DNA of 64,000 nt from a bacterium (lineage in GTDB: Bacteria > Desulfobacterota > DSWW01): positions 21,493 through 85,492 of the forward strand of contig JBFLZG010000137.1 in NCBI GenBank assembly GCA_040756235.1, given 5' to 3'. The first letter of the stretch is position 1. Each line of letters begins with the position of its first letter. Under the pieces are notes generated by a model. The model was given only the letters and a program-made list of their open reading frames with translations. It did not search any database and had not been told where the DNA came from. Below are positions 26,645-36,086 of this stretch, in pieces. The translations under genes were made by a program, and so were the position numbers.

Positions 26645-27411
26645 GCCAGGGCCCCTCCGTCCACCGCCAGGATCTGGCCTGTGATGTAATCAGCGGCGGC
26701 AGAGGCCAGGAAAACCGCCACCCCTTTGATCTCATCTTTCTCGCCGAGCCTCTGCATCGGAATGGTGTTCAGGATCGCTTCGCGGCGGTGCTCGAGAATG
26801 TATCGGGACATGCGGGTGGCAAAGTAGCCGGGCGCGATTCCGTTGACCGTGACATGGTACCGGCACCACTTGCGGGCCAGGTCTCTGGTGAATGCCGCAA
26901 TCGCTCCTTTGCTCGTCGAGTAGGGAACGGAGTCGGCCACCCGCGGGTCCACGGAGGCCAGACCGGCGACAGACAGGATGTTGATGATCTTGCCCGCCCT
27001 CTGCTCGATCATCCGCCTGCCTGCCTCCCGGGAACAGAGGAAGGTGCCGGTGGTGTTGACCGCCAGGGTCTGCTCCCACTTCTCCAGGGAAAACTCCTCG
27101 AGCGGGGCTTCCCAGGCGTAGCCGGCATTGTTGATGAGCACGTCGATGCGATCGAAGTGCTGCAAGGTCTGCTCCACCAGGCCTCTGACTTCCTCCGGCT
27201 CGGACACGTCGCATCTGAGCGCCACGGCCGGCACGCCTATGTCACGGACCTTCTCAGCCGCCGCCTCACACCGTTCCAAGTTGCGGGCGGCGAGAACCAC
27301 GCTCGCGCCGGCCTCGGCAAGTCCCTCGGCCATCATGAGACCCAGTCCGCTGGACCCACCGGTCACGATGGCCACTTTCCCGGACAGGCTGAAAAGCTCG
27401 GGAGCTTTCAT
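26641..27411 (-). CDS. SDR family oxidoreductase (3-hydroxyacyl-CoA/3-oxoacyl reductase-like)
   Basis: TGGSSGLG, NNAG and YSTSK (YxxxK). There is a 4-nt overlap with the downstream hydratase gene. Confidence 0.9.
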   Translation of the reverse strand: MKAPELFSLSGKVAIVTGGSSGLGLMMAEGLAEAGASVVLAARNLERCEAAAEKVRDIGVPAVALRCDVSEPEEVRGLVEQTLQHFDRIDVLINNAGYAWEAPLEEFSLEKWEQTLAVNTTGTFLCSREAGRRMIEQRAGKIINILSVAGLASVDPRVADSVPYSTSKGAIAAFTRDLARKWCRYHVTVNGIAPGYFATRMSRYILEHRREAILNTIPMQRLGEKDEIKGVAVFLASAAADYITGQILAVDGGALA

Positions 27412-27437
27412 GGGCCGAATCCCCCTGTTCCCGCCCA

Positions 27438-27627
27438 GAGGCTATCCCAAAACGCCCATCTGCGGCGTTGCACTCATGCGGCGTGGAGGTCCTGGGGCAG
27501 CCTGCCCCGGCGAAAGCCGGGGTCACTGCGGCGTACTGCCATGTACGCCTCGTTCCTCAGGATTTCGTGCGCCTGGCATCTGGGCATTCTTGAACAGCCT
27601 CTGAACTGAGCCTGTTGGGACGGGCTC
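27438..27627 (-). mobile_element. MITE-like repeat, copy B (reverse orientation, ~45-bp internal insertion)
   Basis: gaggctatcccaaaacgcccatctgcggcgttgc...gtacgcctcgttcctcaggatttcgtgcgcctggcatctgggcattcttgaacagcctctgaactgagcctgttgggacgggctc. It is the reverse complement of the 46002-46153 element. Confidence 0.8.
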
Positions 27628-27644
27628 TCCCGACAGCGCCGGGA

Positions 27645-28997
27645 TCAGCCGGAGGGAAAGAGCCTCTCCATCAGGCTCAGGGCAACGCTGGCTGCGGCCT
27701 GCATGCCCACGCCGCGAGCTTCACGGACCGTATCGCTCGCCATGAAGAGGTTCTGAATACCGGGCGGAACCATGGACGGCCTGTGCCGGCCCGAGATCCC
27801 GGGCGATTCGGAAAGGCCGTATGCCGCCGCGGTGCGGACCTCCCAGCGCGTGGCCTGGGCAAGACCCGGGAGCAGCTCCCGGCCGTCTTCCATGAGATTG
27901 TCCAGGACGTGCCGGACGGCCCTGCGGGTCCGCGCCCACTCAAGCTCGGAGAGGTCGGGCAAGTCCTGGTAACTGCCCTGGATGCACAGGTTGACCTGTG
28001 TCTGTCCGGCCTTGTCCCCGTAGGATTGGTGCTGGAAGAAGATCCCGTAGGTGCCGGTTCTGGGAAGATAGGGGTGCCACCGGAAGAGCCTGATGTCCCA
28101 CAGGGGCTCGTCCACTGCGCACACGATGGTCCACACGTGGCAGATCTTTTTTTCCAGCCTGCGGATCCAGTCCCGGTACCAGATCGGGAATTCGTCCTCG
28201 GAGATCACCTTGAACAGGTCCCAGACGGGCAGCGTGCAGATGACCAAGGGAGCCTTGACGACTTCGGTGGGTCTGATGTGCGAAGGGAACAGACGTTCCC
28301 CGACCTCCAGCTCGACCCCCCGCGCCACCCCCTGCTCGATCACGATGTCGCTCACCGGGGTGCTCAGCCGGATCTCGCCTCCGTGGGTCTCGATGTAATT
28401 CCTCAGAGGCTCGGTGAGCGCTCGAAGCCCGCCCTGCAACGTGCCGCCGATCTGGTTCAACTTGAGGCCGCGCTGAAAGTGCTCCCGGAAGAAATGGATC
28501 ATCTCCCCCAGGGAGAGATCCTCGGTCTTGTTTCCCACGTCGGCGATCTGCGCCAGATAGGTCCAAAGGAGCTCCCACCCCCTCTCTTCGCTCCGGCCGC
28601 CGTACCAGTCCCTCACGGAAACGTCATAGAGCCGCTCGACCTCCTCCCGCGGCATGGTGGCAAACGAGTGCAACACCTCTCTCGCCTCCGCCATGGGGAA
28701 GACGTCCTTCATCGGTCTCCAGGCCTCGTCCTGATAGACTTCGCCGCCCGGATACCGGTGGAGCTTGGGGAAGTCGAGGCCCAGCTTCTCGAAGATCCTC
28801 TCCAGGTGGCCCGCCTCGCTCGGCATGTGAGCCCCGTCGTCCAGCACATGCCTCCGGTGCTCGAGACAGCCCGCCCTGCCGCCCACGCCAGGCCGCTTGT
28901 CGAGCAGCAGGACCTTCTGGCCCCGGCAGGCCAGCAGGGCGCCCGTGCAAAGGCCCGTGAATCCCGCGCCGATCAGGATGGCATCATATTGCGGCAT
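27645..28997 (-). CDS. NAD(P)/FAD-dependent oxidoreductase, CrtI/phytoene-desaturase (amine oxidase) superfamily
   Basis: N-terminal YDAILIGAGFTGLCTGALLACRGQKVLLLDKRPGVGGRAG (GxGxxG...D/E....GG). 450 aa, and the C-terminal LFMASDTV..GVGM fits the family. Confidence 0.75.
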   Translation of the reverse strand: MPQYDAILIGAGFTGLCTGALLACRGQKVLLLDKRPGVGGRAGCLEHRRHVLDDGAHMPSEAGHLERIFEKLGLDFPKLHRYPGGEVYQDEAWRPMKDVFPMAEAREVLHSFATMPREEVERLYDVSVRDWYGGRSEERGWELLWTYLAQIADVGNKTEDLSLGEMIHFFREHFQRGLKLNQIGGTLQGGLRALTEPLRNYIETHGGEIRLSTPVSDIVIEQGVARGVELEVGERLFPSHIRPTEVVKAPLVICTLPVWDLFKVISEDEFPIWYRDWIRRLEKKICHVWTIVCAVDEPLWDIRLFRWHPYLPRTGTYGIFFQHQSYGDKAGQTQVNLCIQGSYQDLPDLSELEWARTRRAVRHVLDNLMEDGRELLPGLAQATRWEVRTAAAYGLSESPGISGRHRPSMVPPGIQNLFMASDTVREARGVGMQAAASVALSLMERLFPSG

Positions 28998-29043
28998 GGC
29001 TCGCTCTCCTGCGCGCTTCCGCGCGAACCGCTCCCCGGGGATC

Positions 29044-29694
29044 CTACGGTTTGAACCGGTCCCCGATTCCGTGAAACACGAACTCGATGACCTCTTTCTT
29101 CCGTTCTTCGATCATTCTTGCGCTGTAGACATCCTTCTTCCACAGCTCCCGGATCGTGGAGGCCGCCACGAAGAACATGGTCGTGCAGCCGAGGATGCTG
29201 GAGATGAGATGGACGGTGTCATTGGGGTGCCTCTCCCGGTCCCGGAGGTTCGAGTAAACGAACCGGTCCGCCATCTCGAAGGTTTCCTTGAGATAGGGCT
29301 TGGAGAGCATTTCGTTTACGTACCGGCCGCCGTCGACGGATTCCCGGAGAAGGATTCTTGCTACGTGATCCTTCTCGGCCAGGATGTCGATGCCCGACGA
29401 GATCAGCTTTCTCAGCTTCGCGGGAGGTGAGGCCTCTTCCATCATGATCGGGAAAAGGCGCCGCTGCAGGCTCACGTAGAAATTCTCGATCACCGTTCTG
29501 TAGAGGTTTTCCTTGCTGCCGTAATGGTAATTGATCTGGGAGGGGGGGACCTGGGCGAGCGCTGCGACTTCGACGATACGGGCCCCCTTGAGCCCTTTTT
29601 CAGCGAATACCTTCTCTGCAGCGGCCAGGATCCGGGCTTCCGTGCTGCCCGGTGGTTTCTGGCCCCTGCGCTGCTTGTGTTTCTGTCTCTTCAT
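29044..29694 (-). CDS. TetR/AcrR family transcriptional regulator (paralog 1)
   Basis: HTH block ILAAAEKVFAEKGLKGARIVEVAALAQVPPSQINYHYGSKENLY. It is about 70% identical by eye to the 33421..34089 product. Confidence 0.9.
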   Translation of the reverse strand: MKRQKHKQRRGQKPPGSTEARILAAAEKVFAEKGLKGARIVEVAALAQVPPSQINYHYGSKENLYRTVIENFYVSLQRRLFPIMMEEASPPAKLRKLISSGIDILAEKDHVARILLRESVDGGRYVNEMLSKPYLKETFEMADRFVYSNLRDRERHPNDTVHLISSILGCTTMFFVAASTIRELWKKDVYSARMIEERKKEVIEFVFHGIGDRFKP

Positions 29695-29745
29695 CTATCG
29701 TGCCTTCAGCGGCCAGCCGATGTTCCGTCGAGATTGGGATCATAG

Positions 29746-29763
29746 TTCGAATGATTGTTCGAA
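29746..29763. promoter_or_regulatory. palindromic operator candidate TTCGAA-N6-TTCGAA
   Basis: ttcgaatgattgttcgaa, 52 nt upstream of the TetR paralog 1 start, in the 312-bp divergent intergenic region. Confidence 0.45.
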
Positions 29764-29854
29764 ATTAGCCGACCCTGAAGGAAGTGTCAAGCAAAAATTG
29801 GATGAAGATACGCCTTTAAATATTGGCCACAGTGCATCTGCAGGAAGATTTTTG

Positions 29855-29905
29855 TTGCATCCACCGACCGAAATGGTTTAATCTCCGATTCGAACGTTTG
29901 TTCGA
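29855..29905 (+). promoter_or_regulatory. candidate sigma70 promoter (TTGCAT-16-TTTAAT) plus operator TCGAAC-GTTT-GTTCGA
   Basis: The -35 is at 29855-29860 and the -10 at 29877-29882. A perfect 6+4+6 inverted repeat at 29890-29905 lies immediately downstream, about 100 nt before ATG 30007. Confidence 0.45.
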
Positions 29906-30006
29906 TATCCGAGAGCCGGGTGGAGACGGACACGAGAGGGGGAGGTGCGCGCCCACCGTGTGAGATCCTGCGGACTCCGGGTGGGAAAACGAAAGGAGAT
30001 GCCCGG

Positions 30007-31521
30007 ATGAGTGGCAAACAGGTCGATGTCGTCGTGGTCGGCGGAGGCATCGGGGGGCTGATGACGGGGGCCATCCTCGCCAAGAGAGAGGGGCTGCGCG
30101 TGCTGCTGCTGGAGCAGGAACGATTTCTCGGAGGGAAGATCTTTTCCTTCGAGCACTCCGAGTTTGAGCCGGCCGAGTTCCGGCACCTGCTGTACGCGTT
30201 GACCCGGAGCCGCGTCATCCGAGCCGACCCTCCGCTGGAAGATCTCCTCGGACAGAAAGCGTTCCGCGACTTCATTTTCGAAGGCGGATGGCACGGGTTC
30301 ATCGCTGCGGACAGGAGCCGGGCGTCCTTCATCCTCAAGGCCCTGGGTCGCGACCTCAAGGTCATCCCGAACCGCGGTTTCCGGTGGTGGCAGAACAACG
30401 GCTGGCATGAGCTCCGGGACCGCATGCGCGACTGGACGGCGGAGGAGCTTCAGGAAGGCAAAGAGGTCTCCCGCCAGATGAACCTCATGTCGGCCGATGA
30501 AGCCAGCGCTTTCGACCACGTGGACATGCGTGCCTACATGCAGTCCCGGGCCCGGAGCCCGAGGGTCCGCCAGTTCCACGAGGTCCTGGCCGGGTGGGAG
30601 ACGGGCCTGAACGACCCGGCCCTGGTTTCCGCCGGCGAACATATCAAGACGGTCAACCTCGTCCATTGCTCGGGCCGGGACTTTCAGGCCGGAGGCGCCG
30701 GCGAGCCGGCGGGCGGGTTCAACTCCTTGACGCGGGCCTTTGCCGGGATCATCGAGGAAGCCGGAGGAGAGATCCGCACCGGAACGCCGGTGCGGGAAGT
30801 CCTGCTGGAGGATCACGCTGCCCGGGGCGTCAGGGCCGAGACCGCGGACGGCGCCCTGGAGGTCACGGCCCGCGCGGTCGTCTGCAACGTGCCCGTGCAA
30901 AGGGCTTTCTCTCTGATCCCGCGCTCGTACTGGCCGCTCGAGCTCACCGAGCGGATCTCGAGGGTCTGGCCTCTGTCGGGCATCCTGGGCTGGGTCTGCA
31001 CGAAACCTCCGATGGACCCCGGCTTTTCCGGAATCTATGTGGTCCCTGTTCTTCCGGGCTGCAGCGCCGCGGACGGCTTCCGGGGAGACGTCTTGTTCTC
31101 CTTCGAGGACGCGGGCGTGATCGATTCATCACGCGTGCCTCCCGGGCACGGTTTGCTGGCGGTCTGGGCCGGGCTGCTGTGCCGTGACCCGGACGAGATT
31201 CACAACCCGGCGCTCGTGGAACGGGTGGTCGAAGGGATCGCCGACTTCCTGAAGGTCCTGATGCCGGATTTCGAGCAGCAGGTGAAGTGGTATTTCTTCA
31301 CCATGGCCGAGGAGCTCTACAGCGTCTCCATCTCCCCGGGGCTGGTGGGCGACCGTCGCCTCCCGGTCACCCATCCGACGGTGAAGAACCTCTACTTCAC
31401 CGGCGATTCCGCGGCCCAGTGGGGGTTCGGCATTTCCGGGGTTGCGCTCAGCGCGGTGCGCTGCGCCACGGCGGTCTCCGGAAGGGACCAGTCGGTGATG
31501 TTGCCCTTCTACATGCGCTGA
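30007..31521 (+). CDS. NAD(P)/FAD-dependent oxidoreductase, CrtI/phytoene-desaturase superfamily (second member)
   Basis: Start ATG 30007, preceded by AAAGGAG. The N-terminus is VDVVVVGGGIGGLMTGAILAKREGLRVLLLEQERFLGGK and the C-terminus has NLYFTGDSAAQWGFGISG. Confidence 0.75.
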   Translation: MSGKQVDVVVVGGGIGGLMTGAILAKREGLRVLLLEQERFLGGKIFSFEHSEFEPAEFRHLLYALTRSRVIRADPPLEDLLGQKAFRDFIFEGGWHGFIAADRSRASFILKALGRDLKVIPNRGFRWWQNNGWHELRDRMRDWTAEELQEGKEVSRQMNLMSADEASAFDHVDMRAYMQSRARSPRVRQFHEVLAGWETGLNDPALVSAGEHIKTVNLVHCSGRDFQAGGAGEPAGGFNSLTRAFAGIIEEAGGEIRTGTPVREVLLEDHAARGVRAETADGALEVTARAVVCNVPVQRAFSLIPRSYWPLELTERISRVWPLSGILGWVCTKPPMDPGFSGIYVVPVLPGCSAADGFRGDVLFSFEDAGVIDSSRVPPGHGLLAVWAGLLCRDPDEIHNPALVERVVEGIADFLKVLMPDFEQQVKWYFFTMAEELYSVSISPGLVGDRRLPVTHPTVKNLYFTGDSAAQWGFGISGVALSAVRCATAVSGRDQSVMLPFYMR

Positions 31522-32366
31522 TGCGCGAACTCATGGGGGATGCCATGAAAGAAATCAGGGACAAGATCGTCGTGATCACGGGCGCCGGCAGCGGGATCGG
31601 GCGGGCGACCGCTATCCAGTTTGCCGGGCAGGGAGCTGATCTGGTCGTCTCGGACGTAAATGAGACGGGGCTGGCCGATACGGTGGCGGCGATTGAGTCT
31701 CAGGGCAGGAAGGCTCTGGCGCTGCGCACCGATGTGTCCAAGCGCGCCGAGGTGGCGGCCATGGTCGAAAAGGCCGTGGCCACCTACGGCCGCATCGACA
31801 TCTTCATGAACAATGCCGGGATCGGGATCACGGGCGAGATGCGGCATCTGACGCTCGAGGACTGGGAAAGGATCGTGAGCATCAACCTGTGGGGGGTCAT
31901 CTACGGCATCCATTTCGCGTTGCCCCACCTGATTCGGGAGCGGAGCGGCTATATCGTCAACGTCGCCTCCTCGGCCGGCCTGATCGCAAGCCCGGGGATG
32001 TCCGCCTACACGACCACCAAGTTCGGAGTGGTCGGCCTCTCGGAAGTGCTGCGCAACGAGCTGGCTCCCTACGGGATCGGCGTTACGGTCGTCTGCCCCG
32101 GATTCGTGCGCACGAACATCTTCAGCACCGCCGAGGTGAGAGGGATAAAGGACCCCGAGGAGGCCAGGAAGGTTCCACCCTGGCTGGGCATATCCGCCGA
32201 GGCCTGCGCGCGAGACATCGTCAAGGCGGTCCGGAAGAACAAGTTTCTGATCATTCCGGGTCCCGAGATGAAGGTGGTTTACGGCTTCAAACGGTTCGTT
32301 CCACCGCTCTACAACGGCTTCAACAGATTGATGGGCAGGCATATCCGGCGGATCAGCGTGGAATGA
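31521..32366 (+). CDS. SDR family oxidoreductase
   Basis: TGAGSGIG, NNAG and YTTTK. The start is ATG 31521 (TGATG overlap with the previous stop), or in-frame ATG 31533 or 31545. Confidence 0.85.
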   Translation: MRELMGDAMKEIRDKIVVITGAGSGIGRATAIQFAGQGADLVVSDVNETGLADTVAAIESQGRKALALRTDVSKRAEVAAMVEKAVATYGRIDIFMNNAGIGITGEMRHLTLEDWERIVSINLWGVIYGIHFALPHLIRERSGYIVNVASSAGLIASPGMSAYTTTKFGVVGLSEVLRNELAPYGIGVTVVCPGFVRTNIFSTAEVRGIKDPEEARKVPPWLGISAEACARDIVKAVRKNKFLIIPGPEMKVVYGFKRFVPPLYNGFNRLMGRHIRRISVE

Positions 32367-32394
32367 GAGCCCCGGGAGAGAGGGAGGTGGGAGG

Positions 32395-33201
32395 ATGGCC
32401 GAAAAAGAGGTCCTGTACGATTTGGAGGGCCCGATCGCGATCGTGACCCTGAACCGGCCGGCCAGGATGAACGCCCTGACGCTCGCCGCGCACCGGGAGT
32501 TGGCCGACGCCATCGAGCAAGCCGACAGGGATGAACGAATTCGGGCGATCGTGATCACCGGCGCAGGGAAGGGATTCTGCTCCGGGGATGACGTGGGAGA
32601 CGTGTTCCTGAGCCCGGAGGAAGACGCCTTCAAGACCCGGGAAGCCAGACTCAGACAAATTCAGGGCGAGCACCCTTTCCCGGGAGGGGGTCACCGGTTG
32701 CTGGCGATCAACAAGCCTTCCATCGCAGCCGTGAACGGCCCTGCCGTGGGGTACGGCTGCGAGCTGGCCCTTCTGTGCAACATGCGGGTCGCCTCGGAAA
32801 GAGCCCGCTTCAGCGAGATCTTCCTCAGGGTCGGCCTGATGCCGGACGAAGGCCTGCTGATTCTGCCGAGGCTGATCGGGCTCGCGAAGACCTACGAGAT
32901 GGTCCTCACCACGGACTTCGTCGACGCCCGGGAGGCCGAGCGAATCGGTCTGGTGAACAAGGTGGTTCCCCACGAGGAGCTCATGCCCGCAACCCTGGAG
33001 CTGTGCCGAAAGATCGCCGCCAAGCCTCCCGTCGCGACGCGGCTGGCCATGGAGGGGATCCGAAGGGGCCTTGGATGGCCGCTGGAGTCTTTCATGCGCT
33101 ACCAGGCGGTGGCTTCACCCTTCTGCGCAGAGACGGAAGACCACAAGGAGGGGGCCCGGGCATTCCTGGAAAAACGGGACCCGGTCTTCAAGGGCAGGTA
33201 G
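32395..33201 (+). CDS. enoyl-CoA hydratase/isomerase (crotonase family)
   Basis: IAIVTLNRPARMNA, ITGAGKGFCSGDDV and AVNGPAVGYGCELALLCNMR. Confidence 0.9.
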   Translation: MAEKEVLYDLEGPIAIVTLNRPARMNALTLAAHRELADAIEQADRDERIRAIVITGAGKGFCSGDDVGDVFLSPEEDAFKTREARLRQIQGEHPFPGGGHRLLAINKPSIAAVNGPAVGYGCELALLCNMRVASERARFSEIFLRVGLMPDEGLLILPRLIGLAKTYEMVLTTDFVDAREAERIGLVNKVVPHEELMPATLELCRKIAAKPPVATRLAMEGIRRGLGWPLESFMRYQAVASPFCAETEDHKEGARAFLEKRDPVFKGR

Positions 33202-33376
33202 AGGCTGTCCCAAAACGCCCATCTGCGGCGTTCGGCTCGTTCTTCGTTCCCGGCCTTCGCCGGGACGGGCTCCCCGCCCGTCCGCCGGATTTTCAAGTAC
33301 GCCGCATTCCTCAGAACGTCGCCTGCCTTGCATCTGGGCATTTTTGAACAGCCTCTGAAATCGAGGCTCTTGGGAC
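33201..33376 (-). mobile_element. MITE-like repeat, copy C (reverse orientation, distal end degenerate)
   Basis: It starts at the last base of the hydratase stop codon: TA|gaggctgtcccaaaacgcccatctgcggcgtt ... catctgggcatttttgaacagcctctgaaatcgaggctcttgggac. Confidence 0.8.
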
Positions 33377-33420
33377 GCGAAGGCGGTCCGGGCGCCGCCA
33401 GGCCTCCTCGCGGGAGCTGC

Positions 33421-34089
33421 TCATCGGAAGCGGGAGCCGATCCCGTTGAAGACGAAGTCGACGACTTCTTCCTTTCTCTCCTCGATCATCTTCCTGGCGT
33501 AGACATCCTTCTTCCAGAACTCGCGGATGGTCGAAGAGGCGATGAAGAACATGGTCATGCAGCCGAAGATGTTGGAGATGAGGTGGATGGTGTCGTTGCG
33601 GGAGTGCCGATTGCCCTTCATGTTCGAAAAGACGAACCGCTCCGAGAGCTCGAACATCTCGCGCAGGTAAGGCTTGGAGAGGACCTCGTTCACATACTTG
33701 CCCTTGTCGATGGACTCGCGCAGGAGGATCCTGGCCACGTGATCGTTCTCGGCCAGCATGTCGATGCCGATCTCGATCAATTTTCTGAGCTTTTCCTGCG
33801 GCGCGATGTCGTCCTTCATCATGATCGGGAACAGGCGCCGCTGCACGTTCGAATAGTAGTTCTCGATCACGGTCTTGTAGAGGTTCTCCTTGCCCCGGTA
33901 ATGATAGTTGATCAGGGACGGAGTCACCCGGGCGAGGGCAGCGATCTCTGCAGTCCGAGCGCCTTTGAGGCCCTTTTCCGCAAACACCCTCTCCGCCGCC
34001 GCCAGGATCCTCGCCTCGGTATCCTGCGAGTCGTTCCGGTTTCCATCCGACCACCACGGTTGCCTCATCCTGCTTGTCGAGCCCGCCAT
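33421..34089 (-). CDS. TetR/AcrR family transcriptional regulator (paralog 2)
   Basis: ILAAAERVFAEKGLKGARTAEIAALARVTPSLINYHYRGKENLY. It is collinear with paralog 1 over the whole length. Confidence 0.9.
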   Translation of the reverse strand: MAGSTSRMRQPWWSDGNRNDSQDTEARILAAAERVFAEKGLKGARTAEIAALARVTPSLINYHYRGKENLYKTVIENYYSNVQRRLFPIMMKDDIAPQEKLRKLIEIGIDMLAENDHVARILLRESIDKGKYVNEVLSKPYLREMFELSERFVFSNMKGNRHSRNDTIHLISNIFGCMTMFFIASSTIREFWKKDVYARKMIEERKEEVVDFVFNGIGSRFR

Positions 34090-34162
34090 GAGAAATCCCC
34101 CGCGCCCCCGAGGAGGGCAAAGCCCCTCGTCTCGAAGGAACCGCCAGTTGGGTCCAAACAGA

Positions 34163-34178
34163 TTGAACGTTTGTTCAA
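34163..34178. promoter_or_regulatory. operator candidate TTGAAC-GTTT-GTTCAA
   Basis: Perfect 6+4+6 inverted repeat 74 nt upstream of the TetR paralog 2 start. Its core GAACGTTTGTTC is identical to the site at 29892-29903. Confidence 0.5.
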
Positions 34179-34291
34179 ATTTAGCGGAGGCGTCGACCTC
34201 CTGTCAAGAGGGAAAAGGATCAAAAGATCGATCCAAACTCATCTTCTTTTCAGTCTATTCTGGATCCTGGCAGGGGCGCGCAAAAAAGTTG

Positions 34292-34336
34292 TTGACAGAG
34301 ATCTGGGATCCTGAAATACTTCGAACGGTTCTTCAA
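34292..34336 (+). promoter_or_regulatory. candidate sigma70 promoter (TTGACA-17-AATACT) plus imperfect operator TCGAAC-GGTT-CTTCAA
   Basis: The -35 is at 34292-34297, the -10 at 34315-34320 and the operator-like site at 34321-34336, 30 nt before ATG 34367. Confidence 0.45.
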
Positions 34337-34366
34337 AAGTAGACCCCTTCCGTGGAGTGACGAGCG

Positions 34367-34840
34367 ATGAGAATCGAGCAGGGCGAGCTGATTCTGGAGG
34401 ATGGCGAGGTCCCGGTCCGACCGGGGGCCTTCACCCGCGTCCCGGGAGATCCGGCGCCTCATCTGATGGGGCGGCAGTGCCCGGACTGCGGGGACATTTC
34501 CTTCCCGCCTTTCCGGCACTGCCTGCGGTGCGGAAGCGACCGGGAGACGGTGGAGAAGGTCCTGGGCAACGAAGCACGGCTGCTCGGGTACACCGTCGCC
34601 AGGCAGGTCATGCCCGGGTTCCACCCCGGATACGTGCTGGCCAAGGTGCGCATGAAGGATGATCCGACGCTGGTGCTGACTGCCCAGCTTGCGGATGTAA
34701 AAGAGGAGGATGTCGCGATCGGGATGGAGCTGGTCATGGTGCCGAGGATCATCAAGTCCCTCATGACAGGGGAAAAGGTCGTATCCTACTGCTTCCGCCC
34801 CAAGGACCCGGCCAGGGTGACGCCGGACACAGCGGGGTAG
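34367..34840 (+). CDS. Zn-ribbon/OB-fold protein (DUF35 family; thiolase partner)
   Basis: CPDCGDISFPPFRHCLRCGS (CxxC...CxxC rubredoxin-like), followed by an OB-fold segment. It lies directly upstream of a thiolase, the canonical pairing. Confidence 0.85.
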   Translation: MRIEQGELILEDGEVPVRPGAFTRVPGDPAPHLMGRQCPDCGDISFPPFRHCLRCGSDRETVEKVLGNEARLLGYTVARQVMPGFHPGYVLAKVRMKDDPTLVLTAQLADVKEEDVAIGMELVMVPRIIKSLMTGEKVVSYCFRPKDPARVTPDTAG

Positions 34841-34922
34841 GGGCGAAAGGATTTTTCCCTACAGCTCGCAACAGGCTCCGCAGATGGGCCTTTTTCAACG
34901 GCCTGCCAAGGAGGAGGCTTGA

Positions 34923-36086
34923 ATGAGAGACGTAGCAATCATCGGCGCCGGCATGATCCGGTTCGGCAAGTTTCCTGACTACCCGGCCGCCCGCATGGGA
35001 GGGGACGCGGCGGAGATAGCCCTCAAACAGGCGGGAGTCAAGCCCACCCAGATCGAAGCCACCTTCGTCGGGAATACCGGCGGGAACGCGCCCAACCTGG
35101 GGCAGCGGGTCAACGGCGAGATCGGGGTGACGGGAATCCCCGCATTCAATCACGAGAACGCCTGCGCCAGCTCTTCGGCCGCCTTCCGCCAGGCGGCCCT
35201 CGCGGTCGCGAGCGGCATTCACGACTACGTGCTCGTGGTGGGCGTCGAGAACATGACTTCCCACATCGCTTCGGGCCGCGTGCCTGCAGGCCCTCTCGTC
35301 CTTCCGCACGGAGCCAACATCGAGGCGGACAACGGGATGATGATGCCGGCCGTGTTTGCGCTCCTCGGGAGCCATCACATGGCCGAGTACGGAACCACAC
35401 CGGAGCAGTTCGCCAAGGTGGCGGTCAAGAACCACGCCCATTCCGTGCACAACCCGTACGCCCAGTACCAGAAGGCGTTCACGCTGGAGGAGGTGCTGAG
35501 CTCCCGGATGGTCTGCGATCCTCTGACGCTCCTGCAGTGCTGCCCGATCGGGGACGGCGCGGCGGCCGTGGTCGTCACGACCGCCGCGAACGCGGCGAAA
35601 CACACGACCAAGCCGGTCCACGTCGCGGGCTCGGTGCTGACGTCGGGAAAGTACAAGGCTTCGGTGGAAGGGCCGGTTCAGCTCGAGGCCTGCGTGCGGG
35701 CCGCCAGGCAATGTTACGAGGTAGCCGGCGTCGGGCCCGAAGATCTGGACGTGGTGGAGCTCCATGACTGCTTCAGCATCCACGAGCTGGTGGCCTACGA
35801 GGACCTCGGTCTCTGCCCCAAGGGCGAGGGCGGGCGCTTCATCGACGAGGGGCAGTCGGGTTACGGGGGCAAGGTGGTGGTGAACCCGTCGGGCGGGCTC
35901 CTGTGCAAGGGCCACCCGATCGGGGCCACGGGCGTGGCCCAGCTCGTAGAGGTGGTCTGGCAGCTCCAGGGTGTGTGCGGCGCCCGGCAGGTCCCGAATG
36001 CGAAGGTCGGCCTCACGCACAACGGGGGAGGCTTCGGACCCGGCAACGAGCCCGGCGCCATGAGCATCACGATCGTGAAGATCTGA
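34923..36086 (+). CDS. thiolase-fold protein (SCP-x/nonspecific lipid-transfer-type thiolase)
   Basis: Preceded by AAGGAGGAGG. Motifs are NACASSSAAFRQA (nucleophilic Cys), GHPIGATGVAQ and THNGGGFG. Confidence 0.9.
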   Translation: MRDVAIIGAGMIRFGKFPDYPAARMGGDAAEIALKQAGVKPTQIEATFVGNTGGNAPNLGQRVNGEIGVTGIPAFNHENACASSSAAFRQAALAVASGIHDYVLVVGVENMTSHIASGRVPAGPLVLPHGANIEADNGMMMPAVFALLGSHHMAEYGTTPEQFAKVAVKNHAHSVHNPYAQYQKAFTLEEVLSSRMVCDPLTLLQCCPIGDGAAAVVVTTAANAAKHTTKPVHVAGSVLTSGKYKASVEGPVQLEACVRAARQCYEVAGVGPEDLDVVELHDCFSIHELVAYEDLGLCPKGEGGRFIDEGQSGYGGKVVVNPSGGLLCKGHPIGATGVAQLVEVVWQLQGVCGARQVPNAKVGLTHNGGGFGPGNEPGAMSITIVKI

